Shown here: positions 36,963 through 46,949 of the stretch, piece after piece
Layout of the letters: every line of letters begins with the position of its first letter
Numbering within the stretch: the first letter of the stretch is position 1
Origin: Salisapilia sapeloensis CBS 127946
Lineage: Eukaryota; Protista; Oomycota
Assembly: GCA_023334545.1 (NCBI GenBank)
Contig: JAADVB010000013.1
Location: forward strand, 75,863-139,862
Direction of reading: 5' to 3'
Length of the DNA stretch: 64,000 nt
Notes under the pieces: model-generated
Told to the model about the DNA's origin: nothing
Seen by the model: only the letters and a program-made list of their open reading frames with translations
Databases searched by the model: none
Position numbers and translations under genes: made by a program

Positions 36963-38272
36963 ATGACTGCTAGCTCGACTGTACGTCGGCAGGCTGCTTC
37001 TGCATCCTTTATGACGCTTGCATTGAGATGGCTGCGCAATGTATTTTGTAAGTGCGTTTACACTTAATCGACAAACGATCACCTGACGATGCTCCTCGTA
37101 GGGAAGTTCATTTTGCGTCAGAGCGAGATAGAAAGGATCTGTAAAGGCTCTCGGACAAATGTCGATGAACACTTGCGTATCCTTCGCTTTCGAACGAGCG
37201 TCGCTCTATCAACTGCCCTCGTCAGCGCTTGCAATATCATTTTTGACTTTGATGCATTCCCAGTACGCTATCCATCTATTTAATCGCCATCGGTATCTGA
37301 TATACACGTAGGTGGAACGCATTCAACAAGACATTGTAACTCGAGTAAAGCTGAAGAAGAATGATGCAAACCTCATGGCCAATTTAAAAGGCTGCTTGCA
37401 CCGCTGTTCCTTTGTGAATAAAGTCTTATCTCGAGCATTTTCCCTCAAGCAGGAAAGTTATAGCTCAGAGAATTCAAAGCATGAGGTACAGTCATCCTCC
37501 GTACTTTTCCGGATAATTTACTTAGAAAAAGTTTGTAGGAAATGTTGGAGGAGCTGTGGACGAAACTCAAGCCGGATGTACGTCGTTCTGGTGGACGGAT
37601 AACGAAAGAGTGGGGAGAGATTGGGTTCCAAGGTTGGATGCTGTGATTGTCAACATTTAATTGTGTACTTATTACTGATATGGGTCATAGGAACGGATCC
37701 GCAATCGGACTTTAGAGGCATGGGAGTCTTCTCTCTCGTTCAACTCGTTTTCTTTGCCTCGAAATACCCTGTCGAAGCGCAAAGGTACACTCGTACTCGA
37801 CGCTCTCTGCTTTCTATTTTAAACACATAGGCGTATAGAATGTTAGCAGAGTCAAACCACCCGACGAGATGGTACCCATTCGCGATCACAGGCATCAACC
37901 TTACTGGGTATATCGTATGATGCCAATGCCATTCATCTTGACACTAATCCAAGGGACTAGATTCGTGGATGAAATGGCAACGGAACGTCTATTAGACGCC
38001 AAATTGTATCAATACGCTAACTCGAATCAATCGAGTACGGACTATCAAGTCGAGAATGGACTGCAGGCTCTACATGAATTTTATTGTACATCATTAAGCC
38101 TTTTATCGTTCCGACTGGCAACTTACTCAAAAGCATAGGCACAATCTTCACTCGATTCCATAAAAAGTGGGTAGATGCAAATCCAACGGACGTCATGGCT
38201 TTCCCCAAGATTTTCCAAAGTTTAAAAGACGAAGTTCGAAAAGAGCTCCAAGCAGATTCGTTTCGGTATTAG
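36963..38272 (+). CDS. ELMO-domain protein (ELMOD-like ARF/ARL GAP), multi-exon
   Basis: Exon fragments W.EIGFQG|TDPQSDFRGMGVFSL, WYPFAITGINLT and W......DVMAFPKIF are ELMO/CED-12 domain motifs. Start and exon borders are approximate. Confidence 0.8.
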
Positions 38273-38398
38273 AGCTGGAAGAATGCTTGCCCATCCAATA
38301 TGGAGAATAAACCATTTTTTGCTTTCTGATCTATTTTGTGGAAATTAAACACGCGTAAATGGTATGTTCGGACACTAAAGCCATATCGGAGCTCGACT

Positions 38399-39163
38399 AT
38401 GTCTGACGACGTTCAGATGATGCATGCAGCGACCTTAGTTTGTCTGCGTCGGCACGTTGGCACAAGTATGTCTTCGTCATCGCAGTGGGACGTCTTGTTG
38501 GGTCAAAATGAAGTGAAGAACTGGCTGCGGTCGACGCCGACGTCGACAAGGATCATGAGGTATCCTGGTGAATGGAAGTTTCCGGGAGGAGCGGTGGACA
38601 GCTCCGATAAGTCTTTAAAAGCCACAGCGTTAAGGGAACTACGTGAAGAATTTATCGGACTGACTCCGATGGAAGATGAAGCAAAAGTGCACTTCTTCGC
38701 GACGGAACGAACCAAAGCGATCCAAAACCGCAGCTATGACATGCACAACTTTATTGCTTTTGCCGAAGAGAATACAACATGGTTGAATGGGAAAGAAGTT
38801 GACGTCGTGAATACAGCACTGAAAAAGAAGCGTATATTCTTTAAGGAATGCTTAGCAAGTGGCAGTTTCTGGGCATTGGACGAGAAAGAAAAGATGGAAA
38901 TATCCCCGGAAGTTCATAGCGTGCACTGGTTTCCGATTGATGAAGCGATGCAAATGATGCTTTCATCTCTGGAAAAAGACCGTATCCCTCCGCCTGTGAA
39001 TAAGTGGCAGGAAAACGAATTTGCAGAGCATGGCGTGGAACGACGTGATCCAATGTTCAAGACATATCTAGTTTTGAAAAAGATCGCGGCTTTCGAGTCC
39101 AGCGACAAGCTCTTAACATTCTTACATGAGCAATCGATGCCTTCCATCACGTCAAATCTGTAG
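38399..39163 (+). CDS. NUDIX hydrolase
   Basis: YPGEWKFPGGAVDSSDKSLKATALRELREEFIG is a Nudix box variant with D for the first E and a one-residue insertion. There is no signal peptide. Confidence 0.85.
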   Translation: MSDDVQMMHAATLVCLRRHVGTSMSSSSQWDVLLGQNEVKNWLRSTPTSTRIMRYPGEWKFPGGAVDSSDKSLKATALRELREEFIGLTPMEDEAKVHFFATERTKAIQNRSYDMHNFIAFAEENTTWLNGKEVDVVNTALKKKRIFFKECLASGSFWALDEKEKMEISPEVHSVHWFPIDEAMQMMLSSLEKDRIPPPVNKWQENEFAEHGVERRDPMFKTYLVLKKIAAFESSDKLLTFLHEQSMPSITSNL

Positions 39164-39499
39164 AAGGCATCACAACTGAAGCATTTGCACGTGTGTAGAT
39201 AGCAGTGAAAGCACGTCAGCTGTACAACAAAAGTCTAATAACAGAGTAAAACGACGAACACATCGAAACTTTGATAAACTCTTTTGTAGGCATAAATACA
39301 TATTCTCCTCGGTAAGAGTACTCTTGGAGACGACAGGAATATTGTCGAAAGCAGAAAGAATATTGCTGCGGGGAAAACTGTGACACATCGGCACCATCAC
39401 GGAATTAAGCACCGTATACTTTCATGCCGGATACGGATTAAAGCCGGAAGCTATAGCCACAAAATGCTCAATAAGCAAGCATATCCTAGTTTCTTATAA

Positions 39500-40215
39500 A
39501 CATACCGCATTAGAAGCCACTTTAGTATCCATTCATGAAGTGGAAACCGTAACAATTCGGCACTAGAAAGGACAGTAGAAGTTTATGAAAATCTAGAATT
39601 GGATCTACCTCGTAAGATCATCTGAAGATGCAGCAAGGTATCTATTGGAATGTTAGAAGAAGTTTTATAATGCAGTTGTAGACAAGGTACCAAATAAAAT
39701 ATTGTAAGCTTTACTAGCCTATGAAAGAATCACAGGATACTCATTATCTGTTTTCCTTCACTCTGTTTGCCTCCTCGCTATCAGGTTAAAATAAAATAGA
39801 ATCCTAGATCTATCTGGCTCTGGGAATAGGCTCGAGTCTGTAGTGAAAGCTCTTAAAATAGTCTCTCTTCCCCATACATCCAGCTCTTTTCCCAAAGGTA
39901 CTTAATCACTCACACGTAATATATCCTTTCCAGTGCTGGTGTTATAGATGTGTCTCTAGATGATGGAGCAACTCTTTTCTCACGTCGAGGTCGTGAAGAT
40001 GATGAAAAGCTGCAAAGGTCTGTGAAAGTTTAGCAGATAAAGCCAACGTGAAAGGTGTGATGGATAATATGAAGATCAGTCTGATGATTCTTGACTTCGA
40101 ATTGGAAGAACTTCAGCGAGGAAACGCTAAGGATTATATTAGAATTGAGCAGAAAGATGTACGTACAAATAAAGTAGAACAAGTACCACGAGAAAATGAC
40201 GCTATTCGTGTTTGA
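39500..40215 (+). pseudogene. Possible decayed multi-exon gene remnant
   Basis: Protein-like fragments between plausible GT-AG sites (VKINRILDLSGSGNRLESVVKAL; AGVIDVSLDDGATLF..; LADKANVKGVMDNMKISLMILDFELEEL..RV*). They are interrupted by stops and an apparent frameshift near 40020. No family is recognised. Confidence 0.25.
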
Positions 40216-40256
40216 ATTGGTGTTGACAAAGATTTAGTTGGATGAAAAATACTTGC

Positions 40257-41411
40257 TTAAAGCTCGATACTCGGTGATCGTTGCCTCCGAATAGAGTTTT
40301 TGCGGAAAAATACAAGGACAAGAGGGCGTGGAGCCGATCGGATAACATTCATCGCCATGGTGGTGCCAATAGAAGTGACGTCGTTACCGTTGACACTGAG
40401 CAAGAGGTCACCTACTTCAACTGGGTTTTCCTCACTTTGTTCTTTGATGGGACCATTGGGGTCGATGCTAACGACACTTGGGTACTTGGCGCGATGGCTG
40501 GCGAGATGGAGATCAACCCCAACTTTGTAGCAACCTTCGTTGATTACAATGAAGCTCATGCGTTGTTCATGGGCCATCCGTTGGTGCTGAAATTCTAGCT
40601 GTCTACTACTCAGCTGTGTTGCCTGCGCACCATAAGGCCGCTTTCTGATTTCCTCTGGGCTTGCGTGGCGGAAACGTAGGATGGCAGGACGAACTCCGGA
40701 TGTTTCCAGAAGCTGTCTGACGTCATCCAAGTCCATCTCAGATGCGTGCGTGCTTTCACCGTTGAAAGATAGTAGGTAGTCTCCATAGCGTACGTTCCAC
40801 ATACCGGGTAGCTTCCTATTGCCTTCCACACGCTTCACCATCGGAAACTTGGTGTGTGGACAAGTCTCGACGGTGAGTCCAGCATTGTGTCCATACCAGA
40901 TATAAACTGTGAAACGTGGCATCGAATCAGTAGCGGCATCTATTGCCGTTGAGGCTAGATTCTCGGTCTTGACATCTGCGACCTCAGACACGGTATCAGT
41001 GTCTGAGATCGACGAAGAGGCGGAGCTTAATGTCGAAGTTGTACTAGCGAAACTCAAGTTGCTATTGCGCTCTTGTTCGCGCTTCAAAATGCTATCGCGC
41101 TCTTGTTCGCATTTCAAGATGCTGTCATGCTCTTGGTCGCGCTTTATGTTGTCATCGCGCTCCTGTTCACGTTTCAAGGTAAACTTCTCATGATGTGGTT
41201 TGGAAGGCTCTTTTCGACGCGGCTTATATACACGTAGACCACTGAATATGGGCTTCCAGTTGCTGCTGCCATCACTGCCATTGGACTGGAACGAGTCGCT
41301 GCGATAAGACCGACCGTAAATGTATTGCATTATGTTTGGGTTGATCGACGGTGGGTTCGCTAAGACTCTGTCAAATTCAAAAGTGAAAATGCTTGGCATC
41401 TTTTGATCCAA
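40257..41411 (-). CDS. Protein with two PDZ domains
   Basis: PDZ cores NVRYGDYLLSFNGES..RPAILRF and VEVGDLLLSVNGNDV..APRPLVLVF. The N-terminus has Ser-rich and repeat regions. Confidence 0.8.
   Translation of the reverse strand: MDQKMPSIFTFEFDRVLANPPSINPNIMQYIYGRSYRSDSFQSNGSDGSSNWKPIFSGLRVYKPRRKEPSKPHHEKFTLKREQERDDNIKRDQEHDSILKCEQERDSILKREQERNSNLSFASTTSTLSSASSSISDTDTVSEVADVKTENLASTAIDAATDSMPRFTVYIWYGHNAGLTVETCPHTKFPMVKRVEGNRKLPGMWNVRYGDYLLSFNGESTHASEMDLDDVRQLLETSGVRPAILRFRHASPEEIRKRPYGAQATQLSSRQLEFQHQRMAHEQRMSFIVINEGCYKVGVDLHLASHRAKYPSVVSIDPNGPIKEQSEENPVEVGDLLLSVNGNDVTSIGTTMAMNVIRSAPRPLVLVFFRKNSIRRQRSPSIEL
41067..41180. repeat. Coding minisatellite, about 4 imperfect 30-bp units (10-aa KREQERDSIL-like repeat in the PDZ protein)
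   Basis: Units gcgctcttgttcgcgcttcaaaatgctatc / gcgctcttgttcgcatttcaagatgctgtc / atgctcttggtcgcgctttatgttgtcatc / gcgctcctgttcacgtttcaag. Confidence 0.85.
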
Positions 41412-43868
41412 AGGGCGCTAACGTTCGGGTATCTGCTGCCAAACCAGATCTCCATTAGAATCTTTGATAGCTGCAATGTAGTCGGATGAATGTGTATACG
41501 TCATGTATTTTATAACTTGGACTGCCTTTTGTGAAAAAGAGAAGAATAATCCCACAGACAAAACTGCATGAAAGCGCCAAAAGCTTCTTTTGTTTCAGGT
41601 GTTGTCCAGCCAAGTCTTTCGAAGGCAATTAGGAGGCAAAATGGAATATTTGAATATCTGAAAGTATGACAAAACGCGGTGCATACAAGGCCCAAGATAA
41701 AAGCAAAGGTACGGAGCGGTAACCTCACCAGGTTACCGGTTTTTTGGCCCTTTTAAAGTCAGTGCAAGACAGATTCCGGATCATACACAGCGCGGAAAGT
41801 GGCTTCCAATGCGTCACAGGCTATTAGTTGTATGTCGGTAAGCAATACACAGACAAAAGCGATTATGACGTGTCAAATTTTATTGTAGCAAAGGTAAAGG
41901 CATATTAATTCTTGTTTAGATGGCGTCTGCCCTCAAACGAGTCGAGCGAAAGGCCCAAGGTGCTGATGATAATAACACTATTTCAAGCTACATAACGTGA
42001 TGATCCGCATGCTCACAACGTGGGCGCACTAAGTATGGGTGCATGCTGACGCTAAAAAAATAGCTACTTCCCGAAGGAAGAATAAAACATGCTTGCATGA
42101 AAATAAGCCTTTTGGATTGAGCTGCAAATGTACGATCTATTAAGACAGACGTCTGCACGTCAAATTGTTCCGAATACAGCGCCTAGATCAGCCCCTTAGC
42201 CCTCTCAGTTATCACAAGCTTATTCACCTCTATTCGATTGCTTATGCAAAGCTATAATCCACCTGTAAACCACGATTCCATTCTGGCTACGGATATTGTT
42301 CCGCACACCTGTTTCAGTATCATATATTCTGTGCATCCTTGATTGTCAACTACTCATCCAGTGATCGTCGAATGCCTCGTCTACAGTAATGCATTGTCAT
42401 ATTGTGGCTCGATGGATAGATCAACCAGAAAGCTCAGAATGCTGCCTTTGGTAATAAAGCCTATCATATCCCTGCAAAATAGAAGCAAGCACCGTCTAAT
42501 TACCCACCAAGTACGGGCGTAAAGCCAGAGGCTATATTCATGCTGTTATCTTAAACGTATCTACTAGCATCCTTGTAAACGTACCGCATCAGAAGCCATT
42601 TTACCATCCAGCCGGTGAGTACGAACCATAACGATACGGCACCGGAAGCGACACAGAATTTTATGGAATTCCAGGATTGGATCTAGCCCGTGCGATTGTT
42701 AGACGCTATTAAAAGCATTGCGCGGAATGCTGGAAGGCTAAGCCTTATGCAGCTAAGTTACAGGTAAGAATATGGCAAAAGCTTTATGGTCTTTAACTTT
42801 GTGTTGGAGGTAATACTGAACAAAGCTATATCGATGTATCAAGACACACCACTATTTTGGTGTGGGGTTTCTCACAGCTAGTAGATGACTATAATTTGCA
42901 CACCAGAGTTCATTTCATAAGCTCTACGAAAATGCATTCCTATAAATAAATAAGAATATGAACAGCAATCGAATCCGCCTTCCAGATTATGTGCAGGCAT
43001 TCGGTGTCGAGTCACTAGCTGTTCCAGAACATGAGCATATTCGGAAGAACCTACCGTGTGATTACAGAGCAATTCGAGGATACACTCGTCAACACTGACG
43101 ATTGCTGGACAGTCAAAATTATTTTCGCTCTACTACTAAAGTATTTTAGCAAGATGTATTGCCTAAATACAGGATATGAGCACAATCCCTGGGATGCACG
43201 AAAAATAAACGAGTCAGATCGAAAGTCAGAAGTGGAGATTGTTAGGAAGGAGCACTAGAGCATGCGAGTGCTTTCCATTTAAATCTTAATGTAATCTGTC
43301 ACGCACACGGTACATGTACAGTCTACTTATGCGAACGGTGGCTATATCGATAAGATGGCATCTTTCGGCGAATAAAGTACTCGGATCTGGATCGATGGAG
43401 AAGTATACGGACAGGAAAACGGCTAAGAAGTGGCCGCAAAGGTAGCTGATCCATTGAAAATAATAATGCTATGAGTTAAATGTTGGTGCAATGCGAAACT
43501 AAAGGTTTTCATATAGCTGATTAATGAACTCAGCTTTGTCAACAATTGGTATTGTAGAAGAAAGGTTTTAAACTCGTAGTTTGAACCTTATCACCATAAT
43601 ACACGAGCTCTTCATCATCAGCTCTAAATCGTTTCCGTTTAGTTCGATTCTAGTATCCTTAAAGAAGTAAGTACGATTTTATCTGTTAGATCGTGAGAAT
43701 GCAATACTACAGAAACTTACAATGCGCTATCTTTTCCTCTTACATTTATACCAACACGAAATTTACCATGATGAAGCACATCCCCCTATACATTGCTAAT
43801 CAGAGAATAGAGGTGCCAATTAGCTTATTTTTTAGCATCGTATGCAGATAGTTTATGTCTTACAGATG

Positions 43869-45593
43869 CTAAAGGCAGAGTGTCTTAGGGATCCGCAATG
43901 AAAGCTTCATCTCGGTGTCATTTCCGTTTTTATCCGTGCCTTTGTTGTAGAACAAATTTCTACGTAATAGACGTCAAATTTGTCCCTTCATAATTAAGAG
44001 AGAAAATGCACAAGACTTACAAATACTTCAGCCTCGAAAGCAAGACGTAGTAGTTTTTTACTGTTATGATATGACTGTCCAGTGTAGATGACTGGCTCTG
44101 GAACAAACTTCTCTCCGAACAATTTGTTGTGCCGAAGGTACCTAGAGAATAGATAGTGCCCACGAGTTGTGCAGTGTAAAAGTGAAAAGTCTCCTTTATC
44201 ATAAAACATGCTGTCGTACATATTCTCGATCGCTAGAATATGTGCGGTAATCTTGGACAAGGCATTGTGTTGCATGAACCTGCACAGAATTAATTTTAGT
44301 GAAAATGAAGTACCATGCTGGTAGAAAGTAGATACGCACACTTCCTTCAAGCCGGGCCTTACGCCACCCCATTCTACTAGTTTCATTTGGTCCGCGATAC
44401 TGTAAAGTGTTAGCTCTTGCGTATCGAAACTTGAGTATTTAAATATATCTTCTGACAGTTTAGTCACCGAGCCGAGTGTATGGGGATGGGGATCGTCAAG
44501 AAATTTGATGATGTTGTGACTCAAATTGCTATTCGAATCGTTCAGTCGCATACTCAGAAGAGAAACAAAAGCTACGCACATGTTCTGAAGATGCTCACAC
44601 TTGTTTCCACGCAAACTCTTTTCCGTCAGCATATTGGTCGGCAGATCTCTGTAAATCATACAAATGACCACTGCCTATTTAGGTGTCTTACGAAAAGTGT
44701 CTTACAAGTCTTTTAGCTTCGTGCTTGCACAGTCAAAATCGCTGAGTTGATTCTTCTGAAAGTTCCTAGGTTGGTCGTGAGGTCTTTGTTATGTGAATGA
44801 AGCATTCGGTAGCTGAGGTCTTACGCCCAAATGAGGTTGGGCATCTTCGCATCGAAGTTGGAGACCATGTTGACTTGTATATCTCTTTCCAAGTACCGAC
44901 AATCAAATCTATATCGTAATGTTGATCATAAATGGTTGCCTACAAGTACTCAAGATTCTCCCATTCGCGAGTAATATATTTCAGTTTGCCTTCATGGTTT
45001 TGTCTATTCATACGATAGAGGATTCAGATACAAAATTTGAAGCCGGAGCATTCACAACAAGATTTACAGCTTGCGAAGTTTTGGGAAGTTGACTGAATCC
45101 AGCTTCTTGAGTAATGCATCGCTCATATATCTATATAGATCATCGTTAGTCCGAGTATTGTTTAAGATCACCCATGACTATATAAGACGTACAGCTCTTC
45201 CAGATGGGGAAACTTTCCGTGTATCTTTTGGATAGGATTCGAACGAATGTAGCTACACAGACAAAGTAAGTCGACGTCCATTCACCGAGCGTGTTTCCTA
45301 AGTTACTATACATAACTTTGGCGTGTTGGAACTGCGTTGCATTGAGCACTTTGATGCTGTTTTTACTCAGGTTAATACAAAGCAAGAAAGTTGAGTAGTG
45401 ACTTGCTGGAGGTATATCGTTTTACTTACATTCGCTTCATATCGTATGGAAAGGATATATTTTGTAGAATTTTATCGTTAATTTCCTTGCTTACTAGCAC
45501 ACCGAGAAGGGTATTCGTCGCTTCCAATGGCAAAACTTGTCATACGGATGCGACAAGTAGAGGGAGCACAACATGCAGGCTTGTATGCTTCAT
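43869..45593 (-). pseudogene. Secreted or surface leucine-rich-repeat gene with one LRR per exon; possibly inactivated
   Basis: Nine consecutive internal exons of 60-72 nt separated by phase-2 introns, e.g. YIRSNPIQKIHGKFPHLEEL, YMSDALLKKLDSVNFPKLRKL, NFQKNQLSDFDCASTKLKDL, NLSHNIIKFLDDPHPHTLGSVTKL. Signal-like start MKHTSLHVVLPLLVAS. Lesions: AT instead of AG at the acceptor 45376-45375, TGA at codon 18 unless spliced out, and a frame change near 44090. Confidence 0.7.
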
Positions 45594-46268
45594 TAAAGTT
45601 GTGGCCAACAAGTCGAATTAGAAGGAAAATGGTATTAAATCCTGCGCGACTCATGTAAAAGAAATCATTTTATGTACATAAGGTTACCACACGCAAGCAG
45701 AGATGAAAATAATCTTGCCGCAGATCACCATGTTACTTGCGGCGATCGTGTGCTTATGTGTTGTGAAGCACATGTCGGACGTTTTCATCATAAAAGCTAC
45801 ACATACGCTATGAGTGTGTACAATGGAGGGTATTGGAGCTTCGTACTCGGTGGGGCTCATGCATTACTGTCGCAAAAGCATGATCCGTGGCCAATAACGG
45901 TTCGAACTTTTAAAAAAAAGCAAAAGCGGATATTTGTAAAATATCACTACCCCATGGAAATGAAAACACCATGTGCGACACAACAAGTCTGTACGGACAC
46001 GTTCGTGTGGGAAGTGTTCTGATCTATGTTAAATAAGTAGAAACCACAAAAAATCGAGGTTTGTAGTGAGCCTGTGTCAAGCTTAGTTCGTTAACACTGA
46101 GTAGCTCGTCGACTATGATTGCAGAGTCGCAAGTGCTCTTCGCACTCGCATTTGGCAGATGAATGTTGACTTAAAAGAAGGCAGTATCTTACAAAGAAGA
46201 CAGGAATGTACCACAACTAAATTGATAAAGGCAAATGGGATATTGGCGCACCAAGGTCAGGTACACAA

Positions 46269-46949
46269 TTACAGTGCCAACGCAGCTACGACCGTGGTCA
46301 AACCAGCGAGTGCAGTAGTAGTGATAGTCGCAGCACCATCACTTCCACTGCCCATAGACGCAGAGTCCGAAGACATACCCGAAGCCGAATCTGCGGTCGA
46401 TTCTGCGGTCGAGTCAGCGGTTGAGGTCGAAGTCGAGTCTGCAAGCGAGTCGGCGGTTGAATCAGTGGGCGAGTCAGCAGCTGAGTCAGCAGCCGAGTCA
46501 ACAACGCTAGCATCTCCGCTCGACGTTGCCATCGCAGAAGTCGAGCCCGATCCGGATACAGAACCACAGTTGGACGCGATTTTTGTAAACAAGTCCTCAA
46601 CCGACATCATCTCACCGTCAATGTCGAATGTGCATTGTGGCCAAGCGTCGAAGTTCTTGGCCTTTTCGATCAAATCATCACATTCCGAACAAATTTTCGA
46701 CGTCTGATCACTGTCTGGTGTCGTGCTAGGTGGCACAAAGTTAAAGCCAGACTTTGACTGGCAGTCCAGAGCCATTGGCGCAAGCGGCGCTAATTCAGTG
46801 ATGAAAGTCGAATCCGTAATTTGACACTCCTTCAGGGCCGAATCGCCGTTCGCCGAGTTCGTGCTCGCCGCAGAGCCTTGAGTGGTTGCTTGGCCCAAGG
46901 TGCCAGTGAGAGCGAGAGCAGCGATCGTGAGCGTGAGTGAGGTCTTCAT
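46269..46949 (-). CDS. Elicitin-like (ELL) protein with Ser/Thr/Asp/Ala linker and GPI-type tail
   Basis: Signal peptide MKTSLTLTIAALALTG. Six Cys with hand-counted spacing C-20-C-23-C-2-C-15-C-21-C, including CQSKSGFNF..P and WPQC. Hydrophobic C-terminus. Confidence 0.85.
   Translation of the reverse strand: MKTSLTLTIAALALTGTLGQATTQGSAASTNSANGDSALKECQITDSTFITELAPLAPMALDCQSKSGFNFVPPSTTPDSDQTSKICSECDDLIEKAKNFDAWPQCTFDIDGEMMSVEDLFTKIASNCGSVSGSGSTSAMATSSGDASVVDSAADSAADSPTDSTADSLADSTSTSTADSTAESTADSASGMSSDSASMGSGSDGAATITTTALAGLTTVVAALAL
46385..46500. repeat. Degenerate 12-bp coding repeat (ADSA/ADST/AEST) in the ELL linker
   Basis: Recurring gcggtcga(t/g)tc(t/a)- and gagtcagc(a/g)g-like units. 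Confidence 0.7.

Noticed and set aside
41067-41180. 30-bp repeats considered as a possible CRISPR-like array
   Set aside because: The units are contiguous with no unique spacers, lie in frame within a coding region, and no cas genes are present.
45672-46022. 116-aa ORF next to the LRR gene
   Set aside because: No motif, atypical composition and no supporting splice context; probably spurious.
46159-46707. 182-aa plus-strand ORF with AESA repeats
   Set aside because: It is the antisense of the repetitive ELL linker; the minus-strand gene has the signal peptide and Cys pattern.
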